Part shown: in pieces, positions 11,373 to 24,675 of the stretch
How the letters are laid out: each line of letters begins with the position of its first letter
Position numbering within the stretch: position 1 is the first letter of the stretch
Origin: Mobula hypostoma
Lineage: Eukaryota
Reading direction: 5' to 3'
NCBI RefSeq assembly: GCF_963921235.1
Contig: NC_086097.1
Location: 133,178,001 to 133,242,000 of the forward strand
Length of the DNA stretch: 64,000 nt
Program-made: the position numbers and the translations under genes
Notes under the pieces: model-generated
Seen by the model: the letters and a program-made list of their open reading frames with translations, nothing else
What the model was told of the DNA's origin: nothing
The model's database searches: none

Positions 11373-14300
11373 TAAGTAAGAATTTAGTGGGAAGAAATTA
11401 TTTATGTTAATATCAAAGAATAATCACTATGTATGTGGCTCCTTTTTACAGGGCAAATCATCTCAATGCTTCACAGACATAATATGACATCAAGCTACAA
11501 AGGGAAATACTCGAAGCAGATTATGAAAGGTTTATAGTTACAGAGGGAGCAAAGTGGCTTAGGGAGTGTACTGCTGAGTTTATGATCCTGGTTACTGAAG
11601 GTGAGGCCTACAGCACAGACTGATTTAAGTTTGCAGATGATCGGGTGGCATTGGAGGTTTTCCTTGTAGACTGAGCTACTAGTGGTTTAGGCAGGTTAAA
11701 TTATAATATTTCAAAGACATTGGGACTATTACGTGAGTAGGGAAGGTTCAGAAGGAGTGGGCCAAATGTGAGCTGGAGGGTCTTGCTCAGGTAAAGGCAG
11801 AAGTTTGGCTTTATTTGTTGTGCATACATCGAAACATACACTGCTTCATTGGGGCAGGGGACTGTTACTGAGCAATTTTTAACTAACATCAGTCACGTGC
11901 ATGCCATGTGGCTGTTGGACACTATACCCTGCCTAGAGCAAATGGTTTTTAAATAGGGTCAGCTGAATGTATTTGTGTTCAAAAAGCAGTGCTTTTTATC
12001 ATTGATGGTTTGCGAGAAATAAGCATTAAGAGAATTCAGAACCGTTTTGCTCAATGTGGTTTCAAGCATTCAGACTTGGAGATGCCAGAAACAGCCGGGA
12101 GTGAAAATGAAACAAGTTAGGAACTATGAAGAATTTGAAGGTATCGACAACCATCTTGAATGTTACCTTTGGTCCCCCACCACACGCTCAGCTGTCACCT
12201 CTGGCTCCAAGTAGGTGTTTGCAAATGACAGGTGGGCAAAACCAGGTGAGGGTTGCCGATGGGTCTGGTGCTAGGACAGACGTGTCCCTATCTCACCTGA
12301 GTATGTGAAGTTGGCTCCAGCAGACTGAGCAGATGAGATCCAATGGCCAGGAAGGTGGTTCTGCAGCACTATGTGGAGACCAAAAAGCATGACAGGGCAC
12401 GGAAGAAGTGATGGTCATCCAGTGCAATCAGGGAAGACCCCAGTTGTGACATCTACTCGTCCCGCTGGACCTAAACTTTTGAGATCGAGAGAGTGGAAGT
12501 GATCCAGAGCAATGGCTTTTCCACTTTTAAAAACTCTCCTATGCAAGTTTCTTGTCGTCAGTTATGACAGACAACCACCAGTGGTAATGTTAGTGTTCCA
12601 ATTTGTTCTGTAGTTCATTTAAATACATAATTCATAACTCATTTAAAAGGTTTTTAATGCTTTTTTTAACTATTTCCTTGAAATATCTGCGAATTTGGGC
12701 AACCGCTTAACTGGGCCAAAATATACTGGTCGCGCTGTGCCCCAATTCACTAGAATCTACTGTATTCCAAATCGTACTGGTCTGCAAATTGGAGGGGGAG
12801 GTCGCAGGTGGTCGTGTTCCCCTGCACCCGTTTCCCTTGTAGTAGAGATGCTGGGTTTGGGAGGCACTGTCGGAGAGGCCAAGGTAAGTAACCACAATGC
12901 ATTTCGTAGATGGTTCACACTGAGTCACTGTGGAAGGAATGAATACTTTGGGAAGTGGATAGGTTTGAGTAAAGTGAATCAATAGTGCAAGAGACTGCAG
13001 GTGTCAGAGCTCATTGGCCGAAGCCTCATCTATGGAGGAAAAAGGTTCCCTTCCCCAATCGCTACCTTAATATAGTAACACTATAACTACTTGGACCTCT
13101 TTGCACTAAAATGGACTTCTGTTCCAATTGTAATTGTGTTCTTTCTTGTATAATTTACTATAATTTGTTTTTGCAAATGCTATATGCCTCTGCTGTAAAA
13201 TTTTCATTGGGCCTATGCATACATATACTGCACATATTTAGTTGTGCGTATGACAGTAAGCATTGACTTTGCAAGTCAGCATTTCAGATTGAGACCCTGC
13301 ATCAGGACTGAGAGTAGGTGGGAAAGATAGCTGCTGTACAACAGTGGGAAGTAGAGAGGGATAGAGACTGGTTAGGAGGGGATGTTGTGCAGATGCAGCA
13401 AAATAGTGATGGTGCTCAGGAAGAAATTTTGGTGACTGTAGGATTGCAGCACTGAGGTCGTGGTTTACCAGAACTGGAGTATTTGGTGTTCATCCAATTG
13501 GGTTGTAAGTTAACAAGTGGAATATGAAATATCCTTGCAATTTGCATTTGGTCTCTCTGTAGTAGAAGGCCAAGGATGGGTATATAGAAATGAGAAGGCT
13601 TTTAAGTTGGCCATTTCAGGGAATGGTAAACCTGTCACCAATTCGATTTCACCCATGCGGGAAGTGATATTTCAGTTGTACAGACTCCATCTAATTTTCC
13701 ATTCTTTTCTGAATATGTTACATCCGAGTATGTACAAAGAAACTGACAATTATACCAGAACCTTAAACAACTGTATGAAGACAAGGGTGGATGATGTGTG
13801 AGCTTGCAATAAAAACCAGCACCTCTTTAAGGGTTTGCATAAATTTGGCTTGTACTCCCTCGAATCAAATGCTACAAAGCTTCGGTAGGAACAGTACAGA
13901 AAAACTCCTGTGGGAGAATCAAGAATGAAGTGAAAGAAAATAAATACTTGAGCCAAGTCTCACATCAAACACATACTTCTGGAGAGTGTACCAGTTTGAG
14001 AATTTCCTCAACAGGAGAGTATGGAGGTGGGGCTAATTTAAGCACACAGCTCATGGCCTGGGTGTATAATTGCTGGGTCAGAGCAATGTGGAGTGACAAT
14101 GGATGAATGGAGTTGCAGTTGAGCTACAATCTAAGCAACTAGTGGTGCAGCTTTGGGTGTGTTGTTAGAGTATTAGTATCAAACAGTGTAATATTGTAAT
14201 GGGTTTCATACTTGCAGATTCTTTCATGCTTGGATAGGAAAGGAATGTGAGGATACAGGCCTGTGCAGGCAAACAGAATTTGCATAGTAAGCATCATGGT

Positions 14301-14561
14301 TAGTGAGGACAACATGGGCCAGCAGCCCAGATTCGAAGCTCTACACTTCTATGATGAAAGAGGAAAAGGATGAGCTAAGCAGAGAGCATGAACCCTATGG
14401 AATGGTGAAATACGTCTTCCTTATCGCATGGTGAAATTTGTCAGATTGATGAAGCATTACATACAGAACTAAGAACAGGACAAGGACAAACATTTAATGC
14501 TTTCTTTTGTTGTTAAACTTCTGGGTCATTTGAGAAGAAGCTGGCATGGTTTGGGTTAGAG

Positions 14562-14643
14562 CAGGGGTTCCCATCCTGGGGTACATGAATCCCTTGGGTA
14601 ATGGTAGGGGTCCATGGCATTAAAAAAAGATTGAGAACCCCTG
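14562..14643. mobile_element. 82-bp hAT (Charlie-like) MITE
   Basis: TIRs CAGGGGTTCCCA ... TGAGAACCCCTG (11/12 complementary). No TSD is recognisable. Confidence 0.65.
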
Positions 14644-15643
14644 GAAAGCAAGAAAGAGTGAAAGCCAAGATACTAGACAGCAGAGCAGACTTGGTGGGCT
14701 AAATGGACTACTTTTAGTCCACTTTGTTCTGCTCTCTATGGTTTGCTCCATGCTATTGTGCATTTTCACACTTCCTGGTGTAGGAAGGCCACCTCATTAA
14801 AGTGCTACATGTTGCTACTTCCCACATCCAAGGCCATACAGCTGAACAATTGCTGCTGTGTTCCTTCTCCAACAGCCCTGTATTTAATTTAACTTAACTA
14901 TTTAATAGGCATATGTACTTAAATACATTAGGGGAAAAATTGAATTAATCATGTATTGCATTGTACTGCTGCCATAAAGTTAACACATTTCATGACATGT
15001 ATGCCGGTAACTTTAAACCTGATCTGATTCTGACATTAACTTGTACCTCTTGGGCTTTCTGCTAATTGGCTCCAAATTGATCATTAGATTATTATTGTCA
15101 CAAGTATGAGATGGAGTGAAATGTTTTTATTTGCATGCCAGACACTGAGGTAGAATACAGGAGAAAAAGTAATGTGGATATAGTGCTAAAGTTGCAGACA
15201 AAGAGCAGTGCAGGTAGACAAAGGTCAAAAGTCACAGCCAGGTAGGCTGGGATATCAAGAGTTCATCTATTAGTATATATAAGGTCCATTCAAGAGTCTT
15301 CTAACAGTGGGAGAGAAGCTTTGTTAACATTCTCAAGCTTTTGTATCTTTTGCCCGACAGAATCAGAGAGGAGGGAATGACAGGGTTGGGAGGGGTCTTT
15401 GTTTATACAGGTTGTTTTCCTTAGGCAGTGAGAAGTGTAGAAGGTGTCCATGGAAGGGGACGAAGGCTTGTGTATTGGCCTGGGCTATGTTCACAACTTT
15501 GCACTGTCATTGTCTTGGGCAGCATGTTTGCTATAGAATGCTCTCTAAGGTGCATCTGTATGTAATAAGAAAAATTTTTAGTCGAGGTCATCAGGACATT
15601 CCAAATTTCCTTAGCATTTTGAGGATCGCCTCTCCAAACAGGC

Positions 15644-15870
15644 GTGACTGCCCATCATCTTGTCCCGTCTCAGTCATGTCCAAGACGGTCAGCATCTCGC
15701 AGCTTCCCTTTCCATCCTTGGACAGTTGCCTTGGGAGATGCTATGGAATTAATCCTTCCTTCCATCTTGTCTCTCTCATTTCCATGGAGTAGCACACGAA
15801 AGGAAAAACCCTACTTTTGGCATCTTTTAGTGATGTTATCTCAAGTAGATTTTGCACGTGCTTGAGAGAA
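15644..15870 (+). repeat. Diverged direct repeat, copy 1 (unclassified)
   Basis: Shares GTGACTGCCCATCATCT, GCTTCCCTTTCCAT, TCTCTCTCATTTCCATGGA and ATCTCAAG...CTTGAGAG, in the same order, with 18270-18480. Confidence 0.85.
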
Positions 15871-17429
15871 TTGTTGAGGCTGTCATATTTCTTTGGCCTG
15901 TGTGGTGGCTGATTTGCTATTCGGATATGCAGGAGATTTGATTTTTTCCCCAACAGGGAGGTACAATTCTTTGCATCTACTTGATAACCGAGACAGAGTT
16001 TGCCCTTAACACTTAAACGAATAGCCAAAGCATTATACCATCAGCATTAACCCGAATCTTTGCACTCGGGTGTCTGGATTGGGATTTGAACCCGTGACCA
16101 GCTGATTGTGATGAGAGAACTGGGCCCTGAGCTACGGCTGATGCCTGACATACTGAGTCAGAACATGAAACACTTTGATAGTAAACGTGGATGGGGTGAT
16201 AGCAGGAATTTAAATTGCTAAATCTGAAATCTGTGGAGAGTCCTCCATTCCAAATAGATCCTCCCTCTTTTAAATACCTGTGCACTTCCCCTATGCATCC
16301 TGAAATGCTCCTTCATATGTATAACCGCGTCTTTCTTTCACCCATTCATCCTCCTCGGCCACTAACTCAGAGTCCATACAAATCTTGCTTGATTAAACAA
16401 AAGCGTGCTGTAAAACGGGAGGAGAGCTCTCCTGTGGCAGCAGCCAACTCTAACTGGTACTAAACGTAACTAACTGCTGTGTGAGCAGCTGTTGTCACCA
16501 AAGTGCTGTGCCTCAAAGGAGGGCATTGTCTGGAAGAATCATCCATCACTACTGCAGTCTTCTCCCCTTGAACACCATTGTCTTGCTGTTGTGGTGTAGT
16601 CACATTTAGACCACTTGTGTACCAGTTTCCAGAGAGGGCAAGGCTGTGCGAGTGGAGCCTTTGTCCCGCAGATATAGGGAGGCTGGCATTCTTAGTGTGT
16701 GGTGCTCTTAGGGAGATATGACTGTGGAACTCAACGGAGGCCCCGCTTACTGTCTCTGCTGGAAGATCGCACGGCTTCAGCTCAAAGGGGAGTACAGCAC
16801 AATGCTCTATGTTCCATAATTAAACCACCCCCCACCCCCCCAGGCAATGTCGTTACAGCAGGTTAACAGTGCTGTTGGTGAGATCTTGCTCTGCACACTC
16901 TGGGCACCACATCATTTGATTGACAGGACCGAAAGGTTGCAAAGCAGTTTGGATTGTCCTGCGTTTAAAAGCTGCTAAGTAAGTGCAATCCTCCCAATGG
17001 AGGTGCACTCCCCTCTCTATGCTGCTGAAAGGACTCTCTCTCCACTGACCCAGCAGAAAGTGGGGGTAGTTGGCTTTAGACCACCTGAAAATGCTTCATA
17101 AATATAGCTTATTGCTTTCATTTACTTGTAGATTCACAGAGCTGCACAGCATGGAAAAATGCCCTTCAACACATCCATGCCAACCAATGTATCTATCTAA
17201 GCTAGTCCCATTTGTCTGCATTTGGCACATATCCTCCTAAGCCTTTCCCATTCAAGTCCTTGTTCAAATGTGTTTTAAACATTGTAATTTTCTTGTTAAT
17301 TTTGATTTTACACCTCTTGTTAATTAATGAAAAGCCACCTCGTTTTTAAATTAAATTTGAATCCTTTCCATTTTAATAGTTAATATGCAAGGATTGCAGT
17401 TTTCTGTTACTTTCCTCTCCAGATGAATT

Positions 17430-17952
17430 AGTCATAGACAAAGTACAGCATAGAAACAGGTGCTTCAGCTCTCATCCATGCCAAAACCATTTAAGCTGCC
17501 TACTCTCATTGACCTGCACTGGGACCATAGCCCTCTATCCATGTGCTTTCTTTTAAATGATGAAATCGATCTCACTTGCACCACTTGTGCTGGCATCTCA
17601 TTCTACACTCTCACGGCCCTCTGAGTGATGGTTTCCCCTCATGTTCCCCTTAAATTTTTCAACTTTCACCCTTAACCCATGACCTCTGGTTTCAGTCCCA
17701 CCCAACCTCAGTGAAAAAAACTTGCCTGCATTTACCCTGTCTCTACCCCTCATAATTTTGTATACCTCTATCAAATCTCTTGTGTTCTAAGGAATACAGT
17801 CCTAAGCTATTCAATCTTTCCATATAACTCAGTTCCTCCAGATCTGGCAACATCCTTGTAAATTTTCTCTGTACTCTTTCAACCTTGTTTACATCTTTCC
17901 TGTAGGTGGGTGACCAAAACTGCTCGCAGTACTCCAAATTAAGCCTCACCAA
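17430..17952 (-). mobile_element. CR1 LINE 3' fragment
   Basis: ORF 17743-17952 reads VRLNLEYCEQFWSPTYRKDVNKVERVQRKFTRMLP, followed by a CR1 3' UTR. Confidence 0.9.
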
Positions 17953-18269
17953 ACGATGTACATTTTATCTCCACCTCTGCTTCACACATTTCTAGGGCAC
18001 AGATGTGGGGCTGCAACCATTTCTCCAGGTGAGTAACCCTGTCTGGGTTGCCATGACGCTAATGGAAGCTTCAGTGAGAGAGGGAGGGAATGAGTCATTC
18101 ACCTATGCAAATAATATAGGACTCCCTCACACACACAGAAGTAGAGAATTAGAAAAATCTCGAGGGCAGATTGGGAGCTGTTATCTGTGTATTTTTTTTT
18201 AAATGGTAAGGGTAATTGGGTATGAATCAGATATGCTGAATTTCTGAGAATCTCCTCTCCCAGCCAGGA

Positions 18270-18480
18270 GTGACTGCCCATCATCTCATTCCAGTCGCAT
18301 CTAAAGCCCCAAATCTCATGGCTTCCCTTTCCATTCTTGCAAATTTTTTCTTGGGTGCTGCTGTGAAATTAACCCTTTACCCCTATCTCTCTCATTTCCA
18401 TGGATTGGCACATGACAGAAGCCCAGTATGTGGTGCCTTTAACGTACATCTCAAGCATGGAAGTCACTTACTTGAGAGTG
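18270..18480 (+). repeat. Diverged direct repeat, copy 2 (unclassified)
   Basis: Colinear blocks shared with 15644-15870. Confidence 0.85.
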
Positions 18481-19554
18481 CTGGTGAGACTTGTGCCTGT
18501 TATCTGGGCCATCTTCCTCTTGACCGAGTGAAGACAGAAATATCATCACAAAGTGTAAAGTTTTTTTGTATCAAAGTGCAGGACACGCTCACTCCATTCC
18601 GTCTGGACAAGTTAGTGGCCTTGAATTTAATGTTGGCGAGTAATGAAATTACAGACCTCTGACACTGACTTAAACTGGATTTCAAAGCTCAAAGGACATT
18701 TATTGTCAAAGTATGTATACTTGTATACAGCCTTCAGATTTGATTCCTTGCAGGCAGCCACAAAACAAAAAACCCAGAATAACCCATCTTAAATAAAGGC
18801 AATCAAACTCCCAATGTGCAGGGGGGAAGAAAGCAAATCATGCAAACAATAAAAGTAAGAACTGAAGTTCACGAAAGTGAGTCCACAGCCATGACTCATC
18901 CCGACCTTTTCAATTTGGCCCAGTGCTTAAATCATCCAAACCTCGGTCGTTCCTCACTGTTGGGTCCAGGCCCCATCATCTTGATTATTCTGGCACTGAA
19001 ATCGATCAGATCTTGGGCCTTTCCTCACCCCCTCCTGGACCCTGCCACCTCAACTCTGCCTCGCATCAGTTTTTCTGCATTGAATCGCCTCCACGTCCGC
19101 CCTAGCCATGGCCAAAAAACGGCTCATTGCCCGCTGTCAGGTGGGGAATGATCCCAAAATATCTGAGAAAGGGAATTTGGAATGTCGGGTTCTTCAAGAT
19201 AAGTTTCAGCTGTAGGGGGAAGAGGATGAGTATTAATATAATATCTTCCAATGTAAGATTATATGTGCTTTGTTCTGAGCTGATTTTTGTTATGAAAGTA
19301 TGGATTTCCTCAACCTACACTAATGGTAGAGTAATTGCCATTAATATGATAATATAACCATTAGGCCCAATTTAAGAATATTGAGTGAGCTGAGCACAGT
19401 GAGTTCAGAGATTTGGATTGACCAGATAAGAAATCCAAGCCCTTCCCCCAAGGATATCAATTAACCATGAGACCAGTTTTGTATTCTCATGCTTATTGTT
19501 ACCAAATAAGAATTTTTAATTTTTTCTAATTCCAGGTTCATTTAACTGCTTAGA

Positions 19555-19850
19555 TCATAAGATATAGCAGAGTAGAATTAGGCCATTCAGCACATTGTGT
19601 CTGCTCCACCATTCAATTGTGGTCATTTTTTTCCCCCATCTCCATTTAGCCAGTTTCTCCCCATAATCCCTATTCCCCGTGCCATTAAAAAACCTATTGA
19701 TCTCTACTCTAAATGGACCCCACCACTTCGTGGCAATGAATTCCACAGACTCATCACCACTGGCTGAAAGAATTCCTCTGTTTTAAAGAGACGTCCCTTT
19801 ATTCTGAGGCTGGGCCCTTGGAAAACATCATCTCCCCATCCACTCTATTT
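19555..19850 (-). mobile_element. CR1 LINE 3' fragment
   Basis: Reverse of the 3' end at 7150-7440 (catAAGATATAG..GAATTAGGCCATTCAGC). Confidence 0.8.
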
Positions 19851-21044
19851 TAAGTTCCTAAACTACCATTTCAAACACTAGTCTTTACATCAAAGGATAA
19901 TTAGATAAATCTGGAATTTTAAAAACAAAGTTAACCATAACTATCAGATTACTGGATTAGAGGCACAAAAGTTTGCAGATACTGAATCAGGAGCAGTAAA
20001 CTTTCTGCTGGAAAAACTTAGGTCAAGCAGCATCCATAGAAGGAAGAAAAGGTTGAAATGCAGCATCAGAGCACTGGAATATTGGATTAGCCTCACAGTT
20101 AACAAATGTCCTTCAGAGATGAAAGTCCTTCAGGCTTCTGTACTTCCTCTCCGAAGGCAGCTCTCAAATGATGGCATGGCCCAGATAGTAAGGGTCTTTG
20201 GATGTTTCCACATTCAGGCAGCACTCCCTCTAGATACCATCAGTAGTGGGAAGGGATGTGCCTGCATATATTGGTCAGAGTGCACCATTCTCTGCAACTT
20301 GAGTTCCTGCACATTTGAACTGCTATACCAGACCATGAAGCAACTAGTCAGGATAACTTTAACAGTACAATGAGGGCTGCCGTTGCCAGTGATGTCTACA
20401 TCTTAGAATGAAAGGATAAAATGTTTGTAACACCACAAATCTTTTTCTCAGTCATTTACTGGGAGTGCATCAGAAAATGGGAGGCATCCTATTTTATAGG
20501 TATGGTTTTCCACTATCTTTCATCTTTTCTCTGGCCTTGATATCATCTTTTTGCATAGATTCCAGTGCTATTGGCTTGACGATGGTTTCATCTCTACACT
20601 CAGCTCACCTCCTCCTCCCAGCCAACTCTTGCAAGTCCATGCAGTCACCCCTTCCCATTACATTCTGATTTTTATTTTGGGAAGGACAATGGAGCACTTG
20701 TCTGCAAATAGCAGACAAAAGGTGCATTGAGAGTGAGCTCAAGCATAAGCAGTGCTCACTGGAGTATGGAGCACAGCTGCTGGCTTTGAGGTGGAGGTGA
20801 AAGGGTTAAAGGGAGTGCACAGTTGCCATTAAATCCATTTTTAAGCCATTAAGAATGGCAATAGGCCACAAGGGCAACATAAAAAATGCCTGTCGGATCA
20901 GAGGTTAAAATGAGGCCCTGCCTTCACTCTCAAGTAGATGCAAGAGATCCCACGAGAAAGGAATTTGCCTGGTGTCGTGAGCAACATTAAAACTATAGAC
21001 AGAAATAAGATGGTCAGAGCAATGATAGCTGAGGGTTAATGCTC

Positions 21045-21650
21045 ATATGTGTGAGATGGTGTACTTTGGGAGAACTAATAAGTATGGGACATGCAGAATG
21101 AATACTGGAGCCCATGGGAATGCTGAGGAATAAACGGACCTGGGTGTACAAGTCCCAAGATCTCTAAAGGCGGCATCATGCATGGATGTTGCGGTGAAGT
21201 CAACACTGGACGTGTTTGTCTTCATTAGCTGGAGCATGGACAACTTGTTAGTTCGGCCGGAACAAGACTACTTTGTACAGCGATGGTCACCTCACTGTAG
21301 ATAGGACTGGAGAAGGTTCCTCCCAATGTTGCCTGGGATCGTGTTTCACTTGTGAGGAGAGACTGGATACACTGGGTTTGTCTTCTGTGAAGTGGAAAAG
21401 GACGAGGATCAAACCTGATAGAGGTGTCTAAAACTGAGGGGAAGAGATAGAATAGATAATAGGAAAATTATGCCCATAGGGGATGCATATAGATGTTTAG
21501 GACATGGTTTGGAGAGGGTGGTGGCGACGGAGGCTTTCACAACATTCAAGAGCTATCTAAATAAGCACAGGAGGCTACAGATGCTGACAAGATGGGATCA
21601 ATGTACATGTATGGACTTGATGGTCAACCCGGATGTGCTGTGTGACTCTA
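21045..21650 (+). mobile_element. Old CR1 LINE 3' fragment
   Basis: Degenerate CEMVYFG, DLGVQV, WSPHCR and DLIEV remnants. Confidence 0.75.
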
Positions 21651-23221
21651 TCTATCCTTTCCTCAACAGAGGAAGTTAAAAATGACTTAGCAACATAATT
21701 CAAGTGTCAGCGTTGATCATAATGCTCCTGAAAGTGGGTTTCCAGTGGAAAATGGGAGGAATGTTGATGCTGGCAGGAATGGATGTTTCTGCTATGGAAC
21801 AGGCAGCTCTAGGTCACGACCTCCTACTTGGATGTTTTCCCACTCACTGGCCATCTTGCTTTGGGCATTTCAGTGCCAGTCTTCTACTGCAGTAACATCA
21901 CAGCTGAAAGACTTGAGGTATAGCCGGCACTCTGTTGTATAACCTTCCACTCTATAATTTAAGGACTGCTGCAAGTGTTCCAGCAGATACTGGAAATCTG
22001 AAATGAAAGCAATGAGCAGCAGATCAGGTGACGTCTGTGGGGAGAGAAGCAGATGGCCCTTGACTCGTTAAGTAGTTCCAGTACTCTTTTCATTTCATCC
22101 TATCTACTCCTGATGCTACGTTATGCTGCCTGTTTGCACAACCTATGATTATTGTTTCAACAATAACAGAATGCAGAATTAAGTATTTCAGTTACAGAGA
22201 AAATGTAGTTCAGGTAGACAATAAGGTGCAGGGTCAAAATTTAGATTTCAGGTCAACAGTCCAGCTTGTCATACTAGACTACCATCATTAGTCTTATAAC
22301 AATAGGATAGAAGCTGTCCTTGAACCTGGTGGTATGTGTTTTCAGGATTTTGTCTGTTCTGCCTGATGGGAGAGAGGAGAAGAAAGAATGCCTGGGGTGG
22401 GAGGGGTTTTTAATTATGTTGGCTGCTTTACCAAAGTGGCAAGAAGTGCAAGTGTAGACAGAGTCTGTGAAGGCAGGCTGGCTTTCGTGATGTGTCAGCT
22501 GTATCCTGAACTCTCTACAGTTTTTTGTGGTCGCAATAGAGCAGTTGCCATACCAAGAAGTAAAAATCATGAGGTTTTGATCAAATAAGGTAGAGAAGCT
22601 GCTTTATTTCAGTAACTACAAAGGTACAATAATACCAAGAAAATTATATTTTCCTCCTCCTCTGTGCTCTTTATAATCTAGAAAGTGTAGCCTAAAAAGG
22701 CGGTGGACATGATTTCAAAGGTGACTAAGAGCAATCATTGGTATACTGGATTGAATGTCCCCTCTTCCTGTCATTCACTCATGTTTAGTATGCAGTGTTA
22801 TGGGATTACTGTGATACAGACACTGCCCTTTGGAAGTGTGTATCATGTCCCGGCTTTTATTGTACAGCTGCATCTCAGTCCAATTTAGAGTGTGCGAAGG
22901 CTAAAAATGTGGTTTTTGGGTGAAAGCCCTTTCCTTACAGAACTGAGTAGGGCCAGAGGCATGGAGCTTGTCTGCGTGTTATATAATCTGGCGCATGTGG
23001 TTACAATGCTTTTGGCCATCCGTTCTACTGGTGGTGCAGTGGCGCAGCTGGTAGAGTCACCGCCTTACAGTGCTAGTGAACCAGGTTCAATCCTCACCTC
23101 AGCTGCCGTCAAGTGAAGTTTGCAAGTTGTGTGTGGTTTTTTGTTTACTCCACAATCAGTACCCTTTTCCTGCCTTCTCCCCATATCCCTTCACTCCGCT
23201 ATCTTTTAAGAGCTCTATCTA

Positions 23222-24135
23222 GAAAGTGGAAGAAGTACAAGGTGTTAGGTGATAGGTGAAACCAGGAGAGGGGGAGGGGTGAAGTAAAGAGCTGGGAAGT
23301 TGATTGGTGAAAGAGATAAAGAGCTGGACAAAGGGGAATCTGATAGAGAACAGAAGACCATGCAAGAAAGGAAAAGGAGTGGAGCACAACAGGGAAGTAG
23401 TGAGCAGTAAAGGAGATGAGGTGAGAGGGAACCAGGAATGGGAATGGTGAAGGTGGGGAGGCAGTTATCAGAAGTTTGAGAAATTGATGTTCATGCCATC
23501 AGGTTGGAGGCTACCCAGGCAGAATATAAGGTGTTGCTCCTCCAGCCTGAGTGTGGCCTCATCACAGCAGTAGAGGAGGCCGTGGACTGATGTATTGGAA
23601 TGCGAATGGGAAGTGGAATTGAAATGGGTGGCTTCAGGGAGATCCCGGTTTTTCTGGTAGGGCTTGGTGAAGCAGTCTCCTAATGTACTTTGGCTCTCAC
23701 TGATGTACAGGAGGCCATATTGGGAGCACTGGATATAGTGGGTGATCCCAACAGACTCCCATGTGAAGTGTCGTCTCACCGGGAAGGACTGTTTGGGGCC
23801 CAAAATGGTAGTGGGGAAGGAGGTGTAAGGGTTAGTGGGACACTTGTTCTGCTTGCAAAGACAGTACCAGGAGGCAGATCGATGGGTAGGAACTGGACAA
23901 GGAAGGAGTCGTATAGGGAGCGAACCTTGAAGAAAGTGAGGGGAGGGAAAGATTTCCTTGCTGGTGGGATCTCATTGGAGATGACGGAAATTAAGGGGAA
24001 TTATGTGCTGGACATGGAGCTGGTGGGTGATACGTGAGGACAAGAGGAACCTATCCCTGGTGTGGCAGCAGGAGAATGGGGTGAAGGCAGTGTTGATGGT
24101 GGAGGCAGGGAAGCCCCTCTCTTTGAAGGAGGACA
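23222..24135 (-). mobile_element. Penelope-like element, 3' part (GIY-YIG endonuclease)
   Basis: ORF 23468-23803 reads HFTWESVGITHYIQCSQYGLLYISES...HFNSTSHSH...RLEEQHLIFCLGSLQPDGMN, a degenerate PLE GIY-YIG domain. Confidence 0.9.
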
Positions 24136-24675
24136 TCGCGTCCCATTTCTATCTCCTACCAAGATCCATAAACCTGCTTGTCCAGGTAGACCCATTGTTC
24201 CTGCAATTTCCCGCCCCACCAGACTTGTATCTGCGTATGTCAACTCTGATGTCTCCCCCCACCCCCCACCCCCACACCCCCGTCCTGGTCCAGTCCCTTC
24301 CTACCAACATCCGTAACACTTCTTGATCTTTTCATTGACTTCAAGTTCCCTGGCCCCAATTGTCTCATTTTCCACTATGGATGTCCAGTCTGTTTATACC
24401 TCCATTCCCCCATCAGGAGGGCCTTAGAGCTCTCTGCTTCTATCTGGACAACGGACCCTACCAGTTTCCCTCCACCACCACTCTCCTCTGTCGAGTGGAA
24501 CTGGTACTCACTCGCAAGAATCTCTTCTTCGGTTCTTTCCACTTCCCTCAAACCAAAGATAAAGCCAATGGCACTCGCATGGGTCCCAGCTAGGCCTGCC
24601 TTTTTGTCGGCTACGTGGAATAGTCCACGTACACTGGTATCGTTCCCCAACTCTTCCTATGCTACATCAGCGACA
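24136..24675 (+). mobile_element. Penelope-like element RT segment, inverted relative to the adjoining 3' part
   Basis: Motifs FYLLPKIHKPACPGRPIV, TMDVQSVY, GTRMGPS*ACLFVGYVE and LFLCYISD (RYIDD). Confidence 0.9.

Noticed and set aside
23030..23135. tRNA-like A and B boxes (gtggcgcagctggtaga...ggttcaatcc)
   Set aside because: No complete cloverleaf, and it continues into a SINE body. This is a tRNA-derived SINE head.
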